Shown here: positions 35,001 to 50,100 of the stretch, piece after piece
How positions within the stretch are numbered: the stretch's first letter is position 1
Layout: each line of letters begins with the position of its first letter
Origin: Thalia democratica
Taxonomy: Eukaryota
Assembly (NCBI GenBank): GCA_965202585.1
Contig: OZ241827.1
Coordinates: forward strand, 57,846,001 to 57,910,000
Length of the DNA stretch: 64,000 bases
Direction of reading: 5' to 3'
Program-made: the position numbers and the translations under genes
Notes under the pieces: model-generated
Told to the model about the DNA's origin: nothing
The model's database searches: none
The model's input: only the letters and a program-made list of their open reading frames with translations

Positions 35001-38000
35001 TTTCAAAAAAACTTAAAAAAGTTGTACGAAGACTATATTGATTTTAAAACGAGCTGCTACTAAAATTTAAGAAAAAATTAACAAATGACTTTGAAAAGTT
35101 TCACTTGCTTGTATTAAAGTACAATACGCTTTTATTTTAGTTTGACAACTGTGCAAATTAAGTGAATGTTGATAAACTAAAGCCAAACGATTGCAGACAT
35201 AATTTTTAGGTTTATTTATTTAGTGTTCTACAAACAAGTAGAGTGTTTCCCATGATGCTTTAATATTATCATAAGAAAACAGATATAAGCATTTGGTTAG
35301 TTCAGTATTTCTCATATCACTTATTTTGCAATATATATCACTGTAAAACTTCATTTGTAACTTTTAGGATAACAAGTTTTGAAATTAAGAAGAATAAACT
35401 TAAAGTATTATTGAAAAATATTTCCACACAAAAAAGCAAACAAAAAAAAAAAACAATAATAATCATCCATGTTTTACAATATTATTCTGCTCTGACCTTT
35501 CATATAAAGTTAAAGTAGATTATACCAAAAGATTTTTTGAAGGTAAAAATTTAAACCTATACTACTACTATGATTCAAAGTTTTTTACTTTTAGAAGCAA
35601 TACTTAGGGTTTGAAATAGTCTTTTATTTAGACTTTGGTAAATCATGTACAGACTCAAAAATAAACACTTAAAGTAGCTAGTAAATAATTTTTCTATAAT
35701 TTTAACCTATGAAGACCGCAACTGACATCTTATGTTTAAACCTATATTAAAAATAAAAAAAACTCAGTATTTAAAAAAGACATTGATGTAAAACCTTAAA
35801 ACTTAGAACAGGCTTAGAAAAAACTTTTAGTTAGTCTGTTTACCTCTACTGTAAATTTTACAAAATTCTTTTGAAATCAAGTATTATCTATTTGCAAGTC
35901 GTTCTTACGCTTGACTTATATGAATTTTAGTAAAGCTAGAAGTTGAGCATAAAATAATGCAAGTTTTATTTCAGTTTGTTAAGTTATAACTAAAAAAAAA
36001 ACAATTTCACGAAAGCAATTTTTAAAGTTACAAAGATCGTTGTTTATTTTAATAAATCTTTGTTTAGACAACACACTTTAATTAGAAACATTATAAACTA
36101 AACAACAACTTTCAAGAAACAAACAACAACAAAAAATCTTGATTTTTTTAATATTATTCAATGCAATAAATGATCATAAAAAATATATTTGTGATGAACT
36201 TACTTGTTGATTGGTTGTAGTAGGTTTTCAATACTTAAATTAGAGTTAGAAGTTTAAGAAGCTGATTGAAAGTATTTCAATGATTTATACTTTTAGAGTT
36301 TACTGTATTTTAAAATAGTTTTTATACCTAACTTTGTACAAACAACAAAGTTATGTTCTACAATATTCCTTACAAATACATAAATTCCAGTCACGTTCCA
36401 GTTTAAATTTAAGTTGAGAAAGTTAACAATCAACAGAGATAAGAGTTTTAAAAACATTGCTTAAAATTTAAGACTTACAGAAAAACGTGTTAGTATAGTA
36501 AAATCATAGGAAGCGTGCATCCCCTTTTTTTCCTAAAGTACATGAGATTTTAACTAAATAATTTCATTTTATAAATCAGAACTTTTAATTTCGTTTTATG
36601 ATAAAAAGCGCTATGGTTTGTCAGTTTTTGTTTGTATTTCAAAATCTACAAAAGCTATGTTCGTGCAAGTCTGACACCTACCAATTCGATTTTATACTAA
36701 ACAACAATATACTAACTATCTAGTTGTATAACTTTTGAACCGACTTATACATAAAGCGAAAGTAAATAATAAATAACACAGTCAAACCACATTTTTTGAA
36801 AATATGTTTTAAACTTTTAACTGTCTTTCAACATTCTAAAATTAAATGCATGAACTTAAAAGCAGCTTGTAGGAAATAATAAAATAATTAAGTAAAAGAT
36901 AACAATTCAAAAATAATAAAAGGGTAAGTCAAAGTAGTATCATGTTTTTTAGATATTTTAGTATCAGTCAGTACTTGTCATTTTGTAGGTGATTAGTTTT
37001 CTTTTTTTTCTTGTTTAATTTTTTGACTAAAAACTAAATACAGTAAGGAAGTAATGTGAATAGTCATTTTAAAACAAAATATATCAATCATAAGCATTGT
37101 TATGCAGTCATGTGTTATTTGCATACACTAAGCTTTTTATTTACAGATTTGTTAATCTAAACGTTTATACTTTTGAAATTAAAAAAGTCACTTATAGCAA
37201 GATATTAAGAAATACTTTTTGTAGTTTGTGTGCTGATTGATATTTAAAAAGAGTTTTTCTGATTCACAGAAATAATAAAATGTTTCTGCAAATATAGCTT
37301 TGTTAAAATTTGTATGTTTTTATAAGTAGCGTTGTTTTATCTAAGCTGTACACATTGACACAAATTGTTTTTTTTTTTGAGTTTTTCTTTACTTTATATA
37401 TACTTTTTTGAGTGTAATAAACTGTCTTAGACTACTTTCTTAACTATTAATACAACCAAGTTTTTAAAATAAGTAAGAGATTAATTGTTGCTAGGTATAA
37501 AAAATAAATTGTGCTTACTAAAGTATGGAAAATAAAATTACCATGGTATTGAAGAACAAGTAAAGTACAGAAGCAAGGTTAGCATAATAAACTGTTTAGG
37601 TTAGTTAAAAAAAGCTTTGTTTGGTGAAAAATGAGGCTACTGTGATAAAAAATATTATCCTAAAAGCCTAATAAAACAAAAAAAAAGCATTATTTAAAAC
37701 CTAGGCTGGTCAAAAGATAGATATTTATTTTTTTAAACTCAATAAAAGCTACAAGGTTTCTTATCTACGTTTCAAATAAAATCAGACTAAGTAATTTCTT
37801 AATTAAACTAAAAAAAGGTAAGTCTGTATGTTTTTAAAACCTTAAAAAATTATTAAGCTATGCCAGTTTTTTAGTAAAGCTATAAATTTTAACTTATTCA
37901 GTTTGAACGCTTAAATGTATTTTAATTTAAAGTATACAAGATATTTTTATACTCATTGAATTTGAATAAAAAGTCTAAGGCATTGATTTTTTATTTGCTT

Positions 38001-40675
38001 AGCTTACTCTTTTTTTTTACTTTTTTTACTTTTGCTTAATTACAACTTTAAATTTCTAAAATTTTGCTAAGTTAAAACTAAACATCTTTAGGTTTATTAA
38101 TACTCTGATAATTCAGGCTGTCACAATCTACTTAAACTTTTTTTAAAACCTTAGGTGTGTTTGAACCTTTTCAAAACTCAGACTGGTTTGTATTTATTTC
38201 TTAACTCTTAGGCTACTTATCACGATTTAAGAACGCTTTTATATATTTTCTTTTTCTCAGTATAAAATTCTTTTGTTATAAGAAAATATTTTTATATCCA
38301 CGATACAAAAACAAAAAGATTATCAATGTTATTAGCCTTAAATCTTGCAGTTGTTGATTAAGTTACGTGTTTATAATATATGAAACAAAATGTTTGTTTT
38401 AAGTTTAAATTCTTAAGCTTAAATTTATAGCTAAAAGTTTATTTTTTATTATTATTTGAACAAGGTTAGATATTCTAGTTTATTAAAGCTTAAAATAATA
38501 ATAGTTTAAAAATATGTTCCTTGATTTTTCTAAATAAACGAAGACTATCTGATTCTATAAGTTTAAATAAATATTTTATTAAATTTTTTGTTACAGAATA
38601 ATTAACATGAGGCAGTTAGTGTTTTCGGAGTTAACAATAAACTTTAGTAGAGTACATCGCTGGTTACATAAACTGTTTTCAAAAAAAACTTTTTTACTTT
38701 GATATGCTAATTAAATTTTAATTAAATATATCTAATTTTATAAAAGCTTTTAACGACCTCTAGATCTAAAACAAAATTTATGTTTAATAGTAACTTTGTT
38801 ATTAAGTTAGATATATGTTTAAAAATAATAATATCTCTGAGTTTACCACTGTTTTTATGTCAGATATTAGTTTTCTGCGATTAGATAACTGTAATATATT
38901 GATTATTATGAGTAAAATAAAATAAAAGTTAAGCACTAAATAAATTTAAGTTCTTATAAACATCACGTGATATAACTACATGTGGTAAGCACATGTTGCA
39001 AAGTCTATCTTACAATAAAATAAGTTTATAAAAACTTGTTTCTTTTATGATAACTTTATCAGTCAATATACTTGAATTTAACAGTTTACACACTTATTTA
39101 AAAATAAATTTACAACCTTATTTAAATCAAGTTACATAGCAAAGTTCAGCTTAATAATTGCTGATACAGTGACCATCTAACTATTAACGCACTTCCTAGG
39201 TACGAACTGCCGATATGGAACGCCCTTTTTCGCCGAAAAACGCTATGTTCAAAACGTTTTTTTTTTCATGAAATTTAAAAAAATAAACCTTAGGTTACTA
39301 AGACGAAGCTATTAATTTATAACATTAATTATACTTTATTAAATTTTAATTAATCAAAACTAAGGTTGCCCGAAAAAAAATATGGTCTTAAATATTGAAT
39401 ATTAAATCCAATATTTAAAACAAATACACTGCAGTCAATTTATTTAACGACAGGGCAATTTAAACTTTCATAACCTACGATTAAAACAAAAAAAATATAG
39501 ATAAATGAAAATAATGAACACTTCAATTGGCATTTACATATACAATGATTAAAATATAAATGTAAAATACATACAAAAATAAAACCAAAGTAAAGTTTTT
39601 TATAAGTAAAACAATGAAGAATGCAATTTGACGTTATATAACCATGATTGCAACATAAATGTAAAATACGTATAAATTAGCGAAGTTAAGAAAAATAAAG
39701 AAAATAGCTATTGATATTTTCATTACTTAGGATTGAAGTACAGTTTTTAAAAGACTTTGCTTTAGTAGTCGTTTGTTATTTTTAGTGAGTGGATTTTAAC
39801 ATGTTTTTATAAATAAGGCTTACTGTAAAAAAATAAGGACAAAAATTTTCCAGGTAAACATTTGTGCGCTGTGTTTAAAGTGCGTACCTAGTGGGCATTT
39901 TACTGTACTAGCAAACAGTTGATGTTTTAAGTATATCAGCAGTTTGATTTAAAAAAGTATGAAAAAAATAAAAAAAATGAAACCTACAATGTTATGCAAT
40001 AAAAAAACATAATAAGTACGTTAAATAAGACACAACTTTTTAGGATATAATCAGTTTATTAGGCAGTGAAATGAAACATAAAATTAAAAGATAACAAAAT
40101 ATGATTTGTTTAAATCAAAAAACTATGATAAACATATAAAAATAAGGGTTTTATATGTTAGAATCAAAAATTGGTTTTAAATTTACTTAATATTTTCTTA
40201 ACTTCATAACTAATGAGATTTTAAGCGAATTTTAATAGCTTATCGTTTGCTTTAGAGGCAAAAGCTGTTTTGAAAAACAATTAAAGAAACTTAAAAAGTA
40301 TTTTTTTAAGTAGCAGCAAACTAAATTGAAACACAAGTATTAATAAAACTAAATTAAACAATATACTAATTAGGACTATAATACCTTTAAAAACTAAAGG
40401 CAGTTTTTATAAACTTTAATAGTTTAGTATTCGTCAGAGTAAAATCTTTAAAATAAATTGTTAACAGTACCCGCAAGTTTTAAAGCTTTTATTATATGAA
40501 AGGCTAAAAGTCTCATAAATTAAAATTGTCATCGACTGCAGTTTCATAAACTTATATAAATAAAAGACAAAAAATTTTACAAAAACCAAATTTGCTAAAG
40601 ATATTTCTGGGCAATTCTTATAAAATTTAACTAAAATAAATTCTAAATTTTTCCCTGTACTCTCACAAGATTTTC

Positions 40676-40868
40676 GCTGCAGGGGATTCTGTTGCATGTC
40701 GGAAACCTGAGGCCGTTTCGTCGCTAGGCAACGCCCCCTGGCGGTCTGCTTCGGTCTGCCCTTGTAGTAGCAGCCTAAAATTATCGTTTTTATGTCATGA
40801 CTGCCGCAAGTAGCCGAGCAACGGACCAGGGACTCGGTTCGGTTCGGATGTTCGGACAACTTTTTTTT
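40676..40868 (-). pseudogene. Decayed extra copy of TSP1 exon 17 (pseudo-exon)
   Basis: Translates in pieces as KKSCPNIR..PSPWSV / CSATCGSHDIKTIILGCYYKGRPKQTARGRCLATKRPQV / CNRIPC. It has a 1-nt and a 2-nt frameshift relative to exon 17, retains the acceptor ctag and has lost the donor. Confidence 0.8.
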
Positions 40869-41144
40869 CTAGTGAAAATTGCATTTTGATAGCTTTTTTA
40901 ACTTGAAAAAGCAAAGTATTTTATAAGTAACAATTTAAATAAAATCCTAACTGAATTTAAATTTTACACTTAGTTAAAGTACATTGAAAAATCATTATAC
41001 TAAAAACTGTTTTTCTTCCTGAGACATTTCCAAGCTACAAGTAATCTAAAAACAAACTGAATTTTTTATATTCTTACAAAAATACTCAACTTTCTGACAT
41101 CTTTATAAACATTTTACCATTTCCTTTCATGTGTTCCATAGGCA

Positions 41145-41167
41145 TCAGTTCATACCAACATTCTCAT
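41145..41167 (-). CDS. Copy B putative terminal exon (DENVGMN-stop)
   Basis: gtag|ATGAGAATGTTGGTATGAACTGA. Confidence 0.55.
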
Positions 41168-44100
41168 CTACATATGTTTGAACTTTGATTGCAACCTGCA
41201 AGTTTGAAACTGTGAAGAAACTACGCATTTGTTTTTAGAAAAGTAAAAAAAAAATATTTTATCTCTTTATTCAAAAATACATAAGCATTTTATTTCTCAC
41301 CGCAGGGTATTCTGTTGCAAGGGACTGCAACTTCCGGTCGTGTTGTTGCTAAGCAACGAGCACCCGCCGCCTGACTTGGCCTGCCCTCATAGTAGCAGCC
41401 AAGAATTCTCGTTTTAATGCCATGACTGCCGCAAGTTGCCGAGCAAACGGACCAGGGACTCGGTCTCCAAACAGGCTGACATCGGATGTTTGAACAGCTT
41501 TGTTTTCTTGTGAATTAATAAAATATTTATTGTGGACATGCTTTTACTCAAGGTTCTAATTTAACAATGATGCGTAGATAATAATTGGAATTTGAATTAG
41601 TCAATGTTTAAAGAAAAAAAAAACAATAACATCATACCGACCTATTTGGTTTTGGTAAATGTTTACAGTGAGTTTTATGAAACTCCTTGTTGTTATTAGC
41701 CACACAGTGAATATGTCTTGTTTGAACTCCAATTCCAACACCATAACATTTCTTGCTACACTGTTATTAGATTATAATAAACTAAACATTTTATCAACTT
41801 TTACATGAAATAAATAAACTAATAAAGCCTCATATTGTATATACCACAGTACATGTTTACTAATATAAAAAACAGTTTTATACCTGTTTCCATGGCTTCG
41901 GCTTCCAATCCGGGCACGAGTTACTGAAGCAGGTTTCTTTTTGGGGCGGAAGTTGCTGGTTGCTACGGCAACTTTCCATGGCAACCTGGCGAACAGTTCC
42001 GTCTGACATGAGAACAACGCAGGATATTTTTCTGAATCTTGTTCCATTTCCGCAATCAACTGAACATTTGCTCCATTCGTTTGCGTAATACCTGTTATGA
42101 TGAATGTTAAAATTAGTTTGTTTTTAATAAAGTGGCATTGTTATGATTTTTGTTAAAATTAGGTAAGCGTTTAACTGTATTAAAGTTTTTATTGGTTGAA
42201 AAAGATGATCCAACAAGATGTGATTTTTTAAACTGGTTTGTAAAAACATAGAAATTAAAAAATGTTATTTAGGTTCTACTAAGTATTCTTGAATTAGTAA
42301 AAAATTTGTTATATAGCAATATAGTAAGGAGCTAAATTCGGATGAAAAACTTTGTTTGTTATACTTGAAAACAGTCAACTGAAATAAAAACAAAGGAGGC
42401 TTAAACATGGGAAAAAGTTAGAAAATTTATAGATTAATTCAATCAAATCAAGACTTAAACCGAATAACACATTACAAAGGCGCTAAAAATAACAGAAAAT
42501 GAAAGACAAAAATAAATGAGCGGATGATACCTGACACTAATTATCAATTTATTTATTAAAATACGTGAATAATCATGTAATATTATAGGCGCTCGTCTGA
42601 ACAGTTAAAGACAAGAATTACGTCGTGTTTTATGATCAAAGCGAATAAAACTGAAACAAACCGTATAGTTGAAACTTAAAAAGCATGCTTAAGCTATTAA
42701 AAAAGGATGAAAAAATGTAAAAACTTCTTCAGTTTGTTGTAAAATACTGAATTAGTATTTCAGAACTTTATAAGCTTAAGAGTATTGTTTTATGTATATA
42801 TAGCTTAAACTGTTATTGTTTAAAAATAGTGATTTTATTTCAAAACGAAATGAAAGAATAAACTTAGCTTAAATTTGTAAAATGATAAAACTTTAAATGA
42901 AACCATTTCTAAAGAGCTAATAATAATTCATTTCATAACGTATTAAAAATGCGTCATTATGTAAATTGTTTATTTAACGATAAAAAATAGCACTCAAAAC
43001 GTTTGGTCTAAGAATCTGGTGTACGAAAAAACCTTTCAGTTATCGAGTCATACACCACATGCTTAAACAATTTCATACGAGCTAAACAATTAAACACATT
43101 TAATATAAACTCTTTTACCTAAAATAAATAAATCAATCGATAAAATGAACGAAAAGAAAAAGAAGTTAAACTAAAATCAACAAAGCTATGTGTATACTAA
43201 AAAGTTTTTTTCATAGTGTACTAAAACCTTGTCTAATAAAATAAAAATGAAAATACAAATTGAGCCTAATGGAAATATGCCTCTAGTAACATAATAATAA
43301 AGCGTTATTGAAAACTGCACATGAAACCGAAGCATTTACCTGGGAGGGCAATCGACCCTGTTGCAGGGTAAGGTTTCAACTTTCGGTTTGCGGACTCCGG
43401 TGCAGTACCAGTCCGCCACCTCTCTCAAACCATCCTCGATGCAGACCAGTCTGCTCGTCATGTTGCCGCCACTGCCGCAAGCGTCCGTGCATTCGGTGAA
43501 GCCGTCCACGACGTATTTGTACACTGAAAGACAAAAACTATAACCCCCAGTACGTACAAGTATGTTATTAACTACAAGTAGCTATGTATTAAAAACAACG
43601 GGCTAGCTTTATACAAACAGTAAAAAGTACATTTGGGATCAGTTTTTTTTACCAACCAGTTATGTTCAGTTGCAGATAAGCTTTTTTTACCCCTCCTACG
43701 TTTGAACCTTTGCATGAATAATAGCCAACTGAGTTGGTGTTAAAGTTTTTAATTTGAAGAACTTTGTTGTTGTGCATAAGTTTGTATTTTGTCGAATTTT
43801 TTGTTGTTTCTATGGCGTTTCCTTTGAACATCCAATATATTGTTAGTTCCGGATACCCAGTCAATGGACAACCTGTAGTTAGCGTTTATTAAATGAGTCT
43901 TTTTTCTTTTGATTAGCAAGTTTGATAAATAGCAATACATACCCATCATAACAGTGGTGTTCGCTTTAACTCTGTAAATTGGACTATTATAATCGGTTAA
44001 TAAAAGTTCTGGAAGTCCATTCATTTCATTTGGTTTGAGAACTACTCCATCATTTGAAATATGAGGCGGGTCTGTTTGGGCAATTCAATAGTTTCAAAAT

Positions 44101-47100
44101 AATTTGTTAATAATTTTTTTTCGAACAAGTTTCAACTTAAAGTTTTAAAACCAACTATAATGGTTCTGAACTATAAACGTAACTTTAAGAAAAATTAAAA
44201 CTATAATTTTTCAATCGCTAAAGTTTAATTTAAAAAAAGTTTTGTTATTTCCTATAAAAAAGTTTAGGCTTCAAGAAAAAAAATAATTAAAATTTTACTA
44301 CAAAATTCTTATAAAATGACTGACCGACAATTTCTAGTATAGTTGCTTGGTAAGAGCTACCAAAAGGGTTTGTTGCTAAGCAACTGAAATGTCCCGTGTC
44401 AGCCAAAGTGGTGGGAAATATTTCCAAAGAATTGTCGATTAAAATTTGTGAGTTTCTTTGAAGACCGTTGACGTCTTTGTTCCATTGAACAAATGGTTCT
44501 GGTGAGCCTGTAACGTTTGTTTTTAATATAATAACTTGTATTTTTAAACTTTTTTAAATTAAAAAGGTAAGAACTTTATGCCACATTAAACAAGTTATAA
44601 CAAATGTTCGGCATAGCAACATTAGCATTGTTTATTGCTTCATAAAAGCTAAAATAACTTCATCCATTTAGGTTTAATTACACAGAAAGTTTTTTTTAAC
44701 TTATAAAAAGCTTTTTTAACCTGTGACTAGAAGTATACAAACACTTGGTATATTAATAACGATTGTCAGTATATATGAAATGGTTTTTTAAATAATGCAA
44801 AAGTATGAAAGTTATATGTTATAGGTAAATGTATGGTTGTACTTAGTGTCAATCAATAATAAAATAGTTTAGTATTAATCTTGTCTATTATAATAAGTTA
44901 AACATTTATTTGCAAATCTGCTAGTTTGTCTTATTAAGATATTAATAAGAAAAAACATTATAATTTAAGGTTAAGAGTTAAGACATAACTTTTAGTTTCG
45001 TATAATTTTCTGACTTTCAATTTTACAACAAAGCATCTATCTGTACTAAAGTGTGGATGTTATATCTTATTGTGTATATAAATTGTTATGATAGTTTTTC
45101 CAACATTTTAAACTTAATCAGAGACAACGATAACCTTTAAACTTAAATACTAACATTTGACTGCAAGGTAGTTTCTTAATCATTTTTTCACGATTAGAAA
45201 ACGCGGAAATTATATTTTGATCAATTAAGGTTTTTTCTTGAAGTTTTAAGGGTAAAAAAAAAAAAAACTTCAATAAGTTTTTGGATAGCTACATAACTAC
45301 TACCGGAAATTTTTATATTGATTAAGTCTTCGTCAATTAAGTTCTTAATAGTATTCAGAATGGTCAATACAAAAGATCAATTGTAATTAATGGTAAGGGT
45401 TTTATATTCGAAACACTGGTTTAAAACAAAACAATCATTTTTTATTAGTTTTCTAAAAACAAATATAAAACTAAGCTAATTTAAGCTTGTAATTACATTT
45501 AAATAAATATGAAGCATATGATTTTGATTAAATACAATATAATTTATTTCTTATAAGTTAATTTTACATAATGTACAATCAGATAAAAATAAACTTTGTT
45601 AGCGCAAGTAAATAGAAAATAGTCTTTAAATGTTTCGTTATCAAACATTAATTTAATTTTTCTGATTTTATGAGCTACATCATTTTATTATTATCTATAT
45701 AATTTTCACACGAAATTGTAAATGATCAAAAGTTACAATTTATCTTAAATAAGGGCTCGTAAGAACTAATTTAAAAGTCATTAATCTACTTTAATTTACA
45801 TTTTAGCATTTATAGAAGTTATTTCTACGATTTTTTAAAGTTTGTAAGTTTTCTAAGTAAATAAAAAAATTAATTAAAACAAAATTTTTTAACAAATACT
45901 ATGGTGAATAAAAAATAAATAATTCATAAAATGTATTTTTTAGTAATGTAGTCTTCCACTTTGTTTTTTGTAAAAAAACTTAAAAGTAATCATTCGTATT
46001 ACTAAATAAGAGTGTTAGAATTTTTAGTTGAATTGATAAACATAATATTTCACTTTATTAACCTCTAGTCGGGCACCTGATAACAACGCGGGCCCCTAAT
46101 CTTGCCCTGACACGCGACCCAACTGTCACTGTCAAGTCCATGGACACAAAATCGTCAACATCTCTGGTCGTGGACAGAATCATGGGTTTGTTGGTTACTG
46201 ACAACAATGTTGACCTGCTGTCATTTCCCCACCGGTTGGTTGCCAAGCAAACGTAGTTACCCGTGTCCGAAGTTTCAGGTCTGAATATCCGCAGGGACTC
46301 GTCACCGAGCTTGATTATTCTGCCATTTTAGTAAAATTGCATGAAATTCAGCTAAGTAATATTTAAGTGTAATAAAATTGTCAGCATGAAACTTTATTTA
46401 AGGTTCATGGCATTGACGACAAACTAAAACTTAAATAAACGTATGAGTAATAAATCAAACCTGTCATTGTTTCTGATTTCTTGCCCGTCCTTCAACCATT
46501 TTACCTCAAAAGGGTATTCCCCTGTAACCTCGCACAAAATGGTCACCCGTCGCGAACCAACAACCACCACCGACCCTCCGACGTTGACTATGACATCATC
46601 ATTGTATTGAAGTGGGTCGATAGTCGGCGCAACGCGGATAGATGGCGCCTTTTTCACCCCGTTTTCGTCGGTAGGGGGAGGTGTTGTCGTGATAACTACA
46701 GTGAATTGTTTCGAGTCCAACGGAAGGTGCTTTCGTTCTCTGTAACCTGAAAATAAAGTTTGTACATGCTGATTTTTTTTTACATTTATAGTTTTTTATT
46801 TCTTTTTAAAAGTCTTAATTGTGCTGTCACATTTTTAATGTTTAAAACTTTAAACTGTGGATTTTACGTTAAACATCAATAACAAAATACTTTAAAACTT
46901 TACGACCATAGAATATTTAAAAGTACTAACCGAACATATCAGTTTTGACAGAAAAAATATCTTGAATTTCAATGACACTATAGTCGTTTTGAATGTAGGG
47001 CTTGTGCTTTTTAGGTTTGATTCTAGTCGCGTTTAAAGTTTCGTTAACTTCGCTTCTAGTTAGAGCAGCAAGCTTTTTTGGCTAAAATCAAAATTAATAA

Positions 47101-50100
47101 AAAAAATTGAGGTTTCTCACAGTAATGTAAACAAGAAATCTTACAAAAATTTACTGTAATTAATAAAATTTTACCTCGTTCTTAGTAAAAAGTGTTTGAT
47201 ACTTATTGACGATTGTACTACTTTTGATTTTTTCTTTACTGTGTTTTATTTTGTTCACAGTAGGCTTTATTTTTTGAGGCTTTTCATTATGAGTCTCTAA
47301 AATAAGCATTTGTTTAGAAAAGTAGTAGCCAAACTTTTGTTTCTTATAATATAAAACGCATAAAATTTAGAAACTATTTTAAGTAATTTTATTTTAGTTA
47401 AGCATGCATAAGTTTAACAAGATTATACTAAGTACTGTTTTCTCAAATAAATTCTTATTTATATGAGCTTTTTATAATATTTATTAATTTTGTTACAAAC
47501 TGTTATTTTGTCTATTTTGTGTTTATCATAAAGTAATAGACCTTTGATAAGGAACAGAAAACAGTTACGTTAAATATTAGACTAAATTGCTTTTATGTAG
47601 ATATTAATATCAATAGAAATGTACAATGTGTGTAAAGCCGCACAAAAATCATTAAAATACAGTTTAGATAAGACGGACAGCAGTACAAAAAGCTTGCTTT
47701 TCATAAAAATTTGCTTTTAGTTTACCAACGAGCCGCAAAGTGAGCGCTTAAAATCACACTAAAAGCGTTAGATGGTAATTTGTTTATTTACAGCAACAGA
47801 ACACTTTAAATCGGCTTAAGCGATGCGTCTTTTGTGGCACACTTATCAAAACACTACCACCAATTTCACACACTTCACAGATCTGATGCAATTGCGCGTT
47901 TGAATGTTTAAGATAAAGGTGATTTTACAATAAAAAAATAATTATTTTTAAGCAGAAAATTGTCAAGAAAATAATTTCCAAGTATAATAAGTTGTCATTA
48001 TCTTTTTTTTTCTAACAAACAAAACCACTGATTTTAGTTAATGTAATCTTTTTTGAGCACACAAGAAAAATACTTGCACTAAACAAACGTACTACAATGA
48101 AAAAATGTTATTAACAACTTACTTACTTTTAGGTTGTAAATACAGCACACTGCCGTGTTTGCTTCCAGTACTGCATTTGAACAGTAACCTTCTTTTAAAC
48201 TTAAATTTGTTTAACTTCAAGTATCCATCTTTGGTGATCATAATCTTACCTCTCTTTCTAACAATCCTCTTTTTATAAAAAAACCAACTAGTCTTTGCTT
48301 TGTTACCGCTGTAAAATAACAATTTGTAAACTTATTGGAAAACATATTGAATTAAGTTAGTATGATGACAGTATGCTTTTATTACAAGCTTGCGAAGAGT
48401 TAATTTTGCTTAATTTTTATAGTTAATGGTTAATAAAATACAGCAAAAAGCTGTTACAAAACTTTGAGCTGTTTATTTTTCACTGATTTCAATGATATTA
48501 AATTAAGTATAATATAAAAGTTTAATAAATAAAAATAAGAATCAATTAGTATTTTCAGGCTGTAAAAAAAGTAAATAAAACTAATGATTTACCAAAGGTA
48601 AAATCTAAGCAATATTGAAAGGTTTTAAACCTTTAGCCCAGTTTAAACTATTTAGTCTGAAACAAATTCTTAGTAGCCTTGGTTTTTAGAATTTTTAATG
48701 TAAAGCTTAACAAGTAACTTACTTTTCTTGATCACATTTTGCAATGATTGTTGTTCCTGGAATAACGAAAGCTTTAACTGGCAGAGTTAAGTAAAGAGGT
48801 TGACTTCTGATGTTCTTCTGCACAACTACTTTGAAAGATGGATTTTTAAGATCAAATCGTTTTAAGTTGGGAAACATGCTAGTTCTGCTTTTAAAACTTG
48901 GATACCTGCTGGCAGCTGTGTTTAATGTGGAATAACAAATAAGTAAACTATTTTTATACAAACACTGAAATTATGTCAAATATTTATTTTCGATTAACAT
49001 TCAATTTAGTGAAAGCTGTAAGTCTTTAATTACAAGAATAAAGTTACCTAAGCTCGTCTGACATTGCATTTTGCATCGTCTTTTATGAGGAGGAACTTTC
49101 AGGTTTTTGCAGTATTTCGATTTCGCACCAATTTTGTGCCAACTTCCGTTTTTCATGTACATGCAGACAATTTTCCTTATTTGCCAACCTTTTCGTAACT
49201 TAGTGCAGTCGCCTTTGCACTAAAAAAAATAAAGAATTTGAGTGTGCATTTTCGCAAAACTTTGAGTCATTAACAAAAAGTCGCCTTTACACTTAAAGTT
49301 ATTATAGTTTATTAAAACATGTACTTACTTCTTTTTTATTAGAAATAGTTAGACCATATCATCATATTATTATTGTTGTTAAACATTTAAGTTGGTTAGT
49401 ATTTTTATACTTATATTAACTGTATTGTGGCAGTATGGTTACGAACAACAAAAACTTATTCGATTTGGTTTTTAAATATTGTTTCACTTGTTTGAAATTC
49501 TCGAAAAAAAGAAAAAATATTTTGATAGTTTCTTGAAAAATAACAGTTGCTAAGATTAAGTGTAACAAATTAAGTGTAATTTACTTAATCTTTTTATTCG
49601 CAAAGCTTGAAATACAGGTAATGCAGGGTTTAAAGTTTTAGTTTAAAAAACGATAAACATTTTCTTAAACACGAAATACACATAAATTTAAATTAAACCG
49701 AAAACTATTTCTCAAAACCTCTTATGACTTAAAATCTTTGTTCAACAAGTGCTATTGCGATCGCGCATTTACAATTTGAAAATATCTCAAAAGTTTATGT
49801 TGATTCTAACAGCACTCGTATAAAGGACTTACACATTAGAAAAAGTTTGCGCAGCTGTACTCAAAACAAACATTCCCTGCTCAAGTGCTCGGCTGGCAAA
49901 GTGCAGCGAATTCCTCACATTCGGGTGAAATTTTAGCAAAAGTTCAAACACATTCCTGCATGTGACTACACGGTTTTAAGACGTTTAACAAGTTGCTACT
50001 TGATATTCACGAGCACCTTATATCTCGCTTAATATTCCATAAATGCAATTTTATTCTAACACCTTTCAATATGAATTTGAAACAGCGAGTATCCGTTAAA

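Noticed and set aside
40461-40859. 132-aa ORF as an independent gene
   Set aside because: Only its middle matches TSP1 exon 17, between two frameshifts; treated as a pseudo-exon.
29286-40902. Continuation of the inverted homology into the spacer
   Set aside because: Only 10-15 bp AT-rich matches in inconsistent order, as expected by chance.
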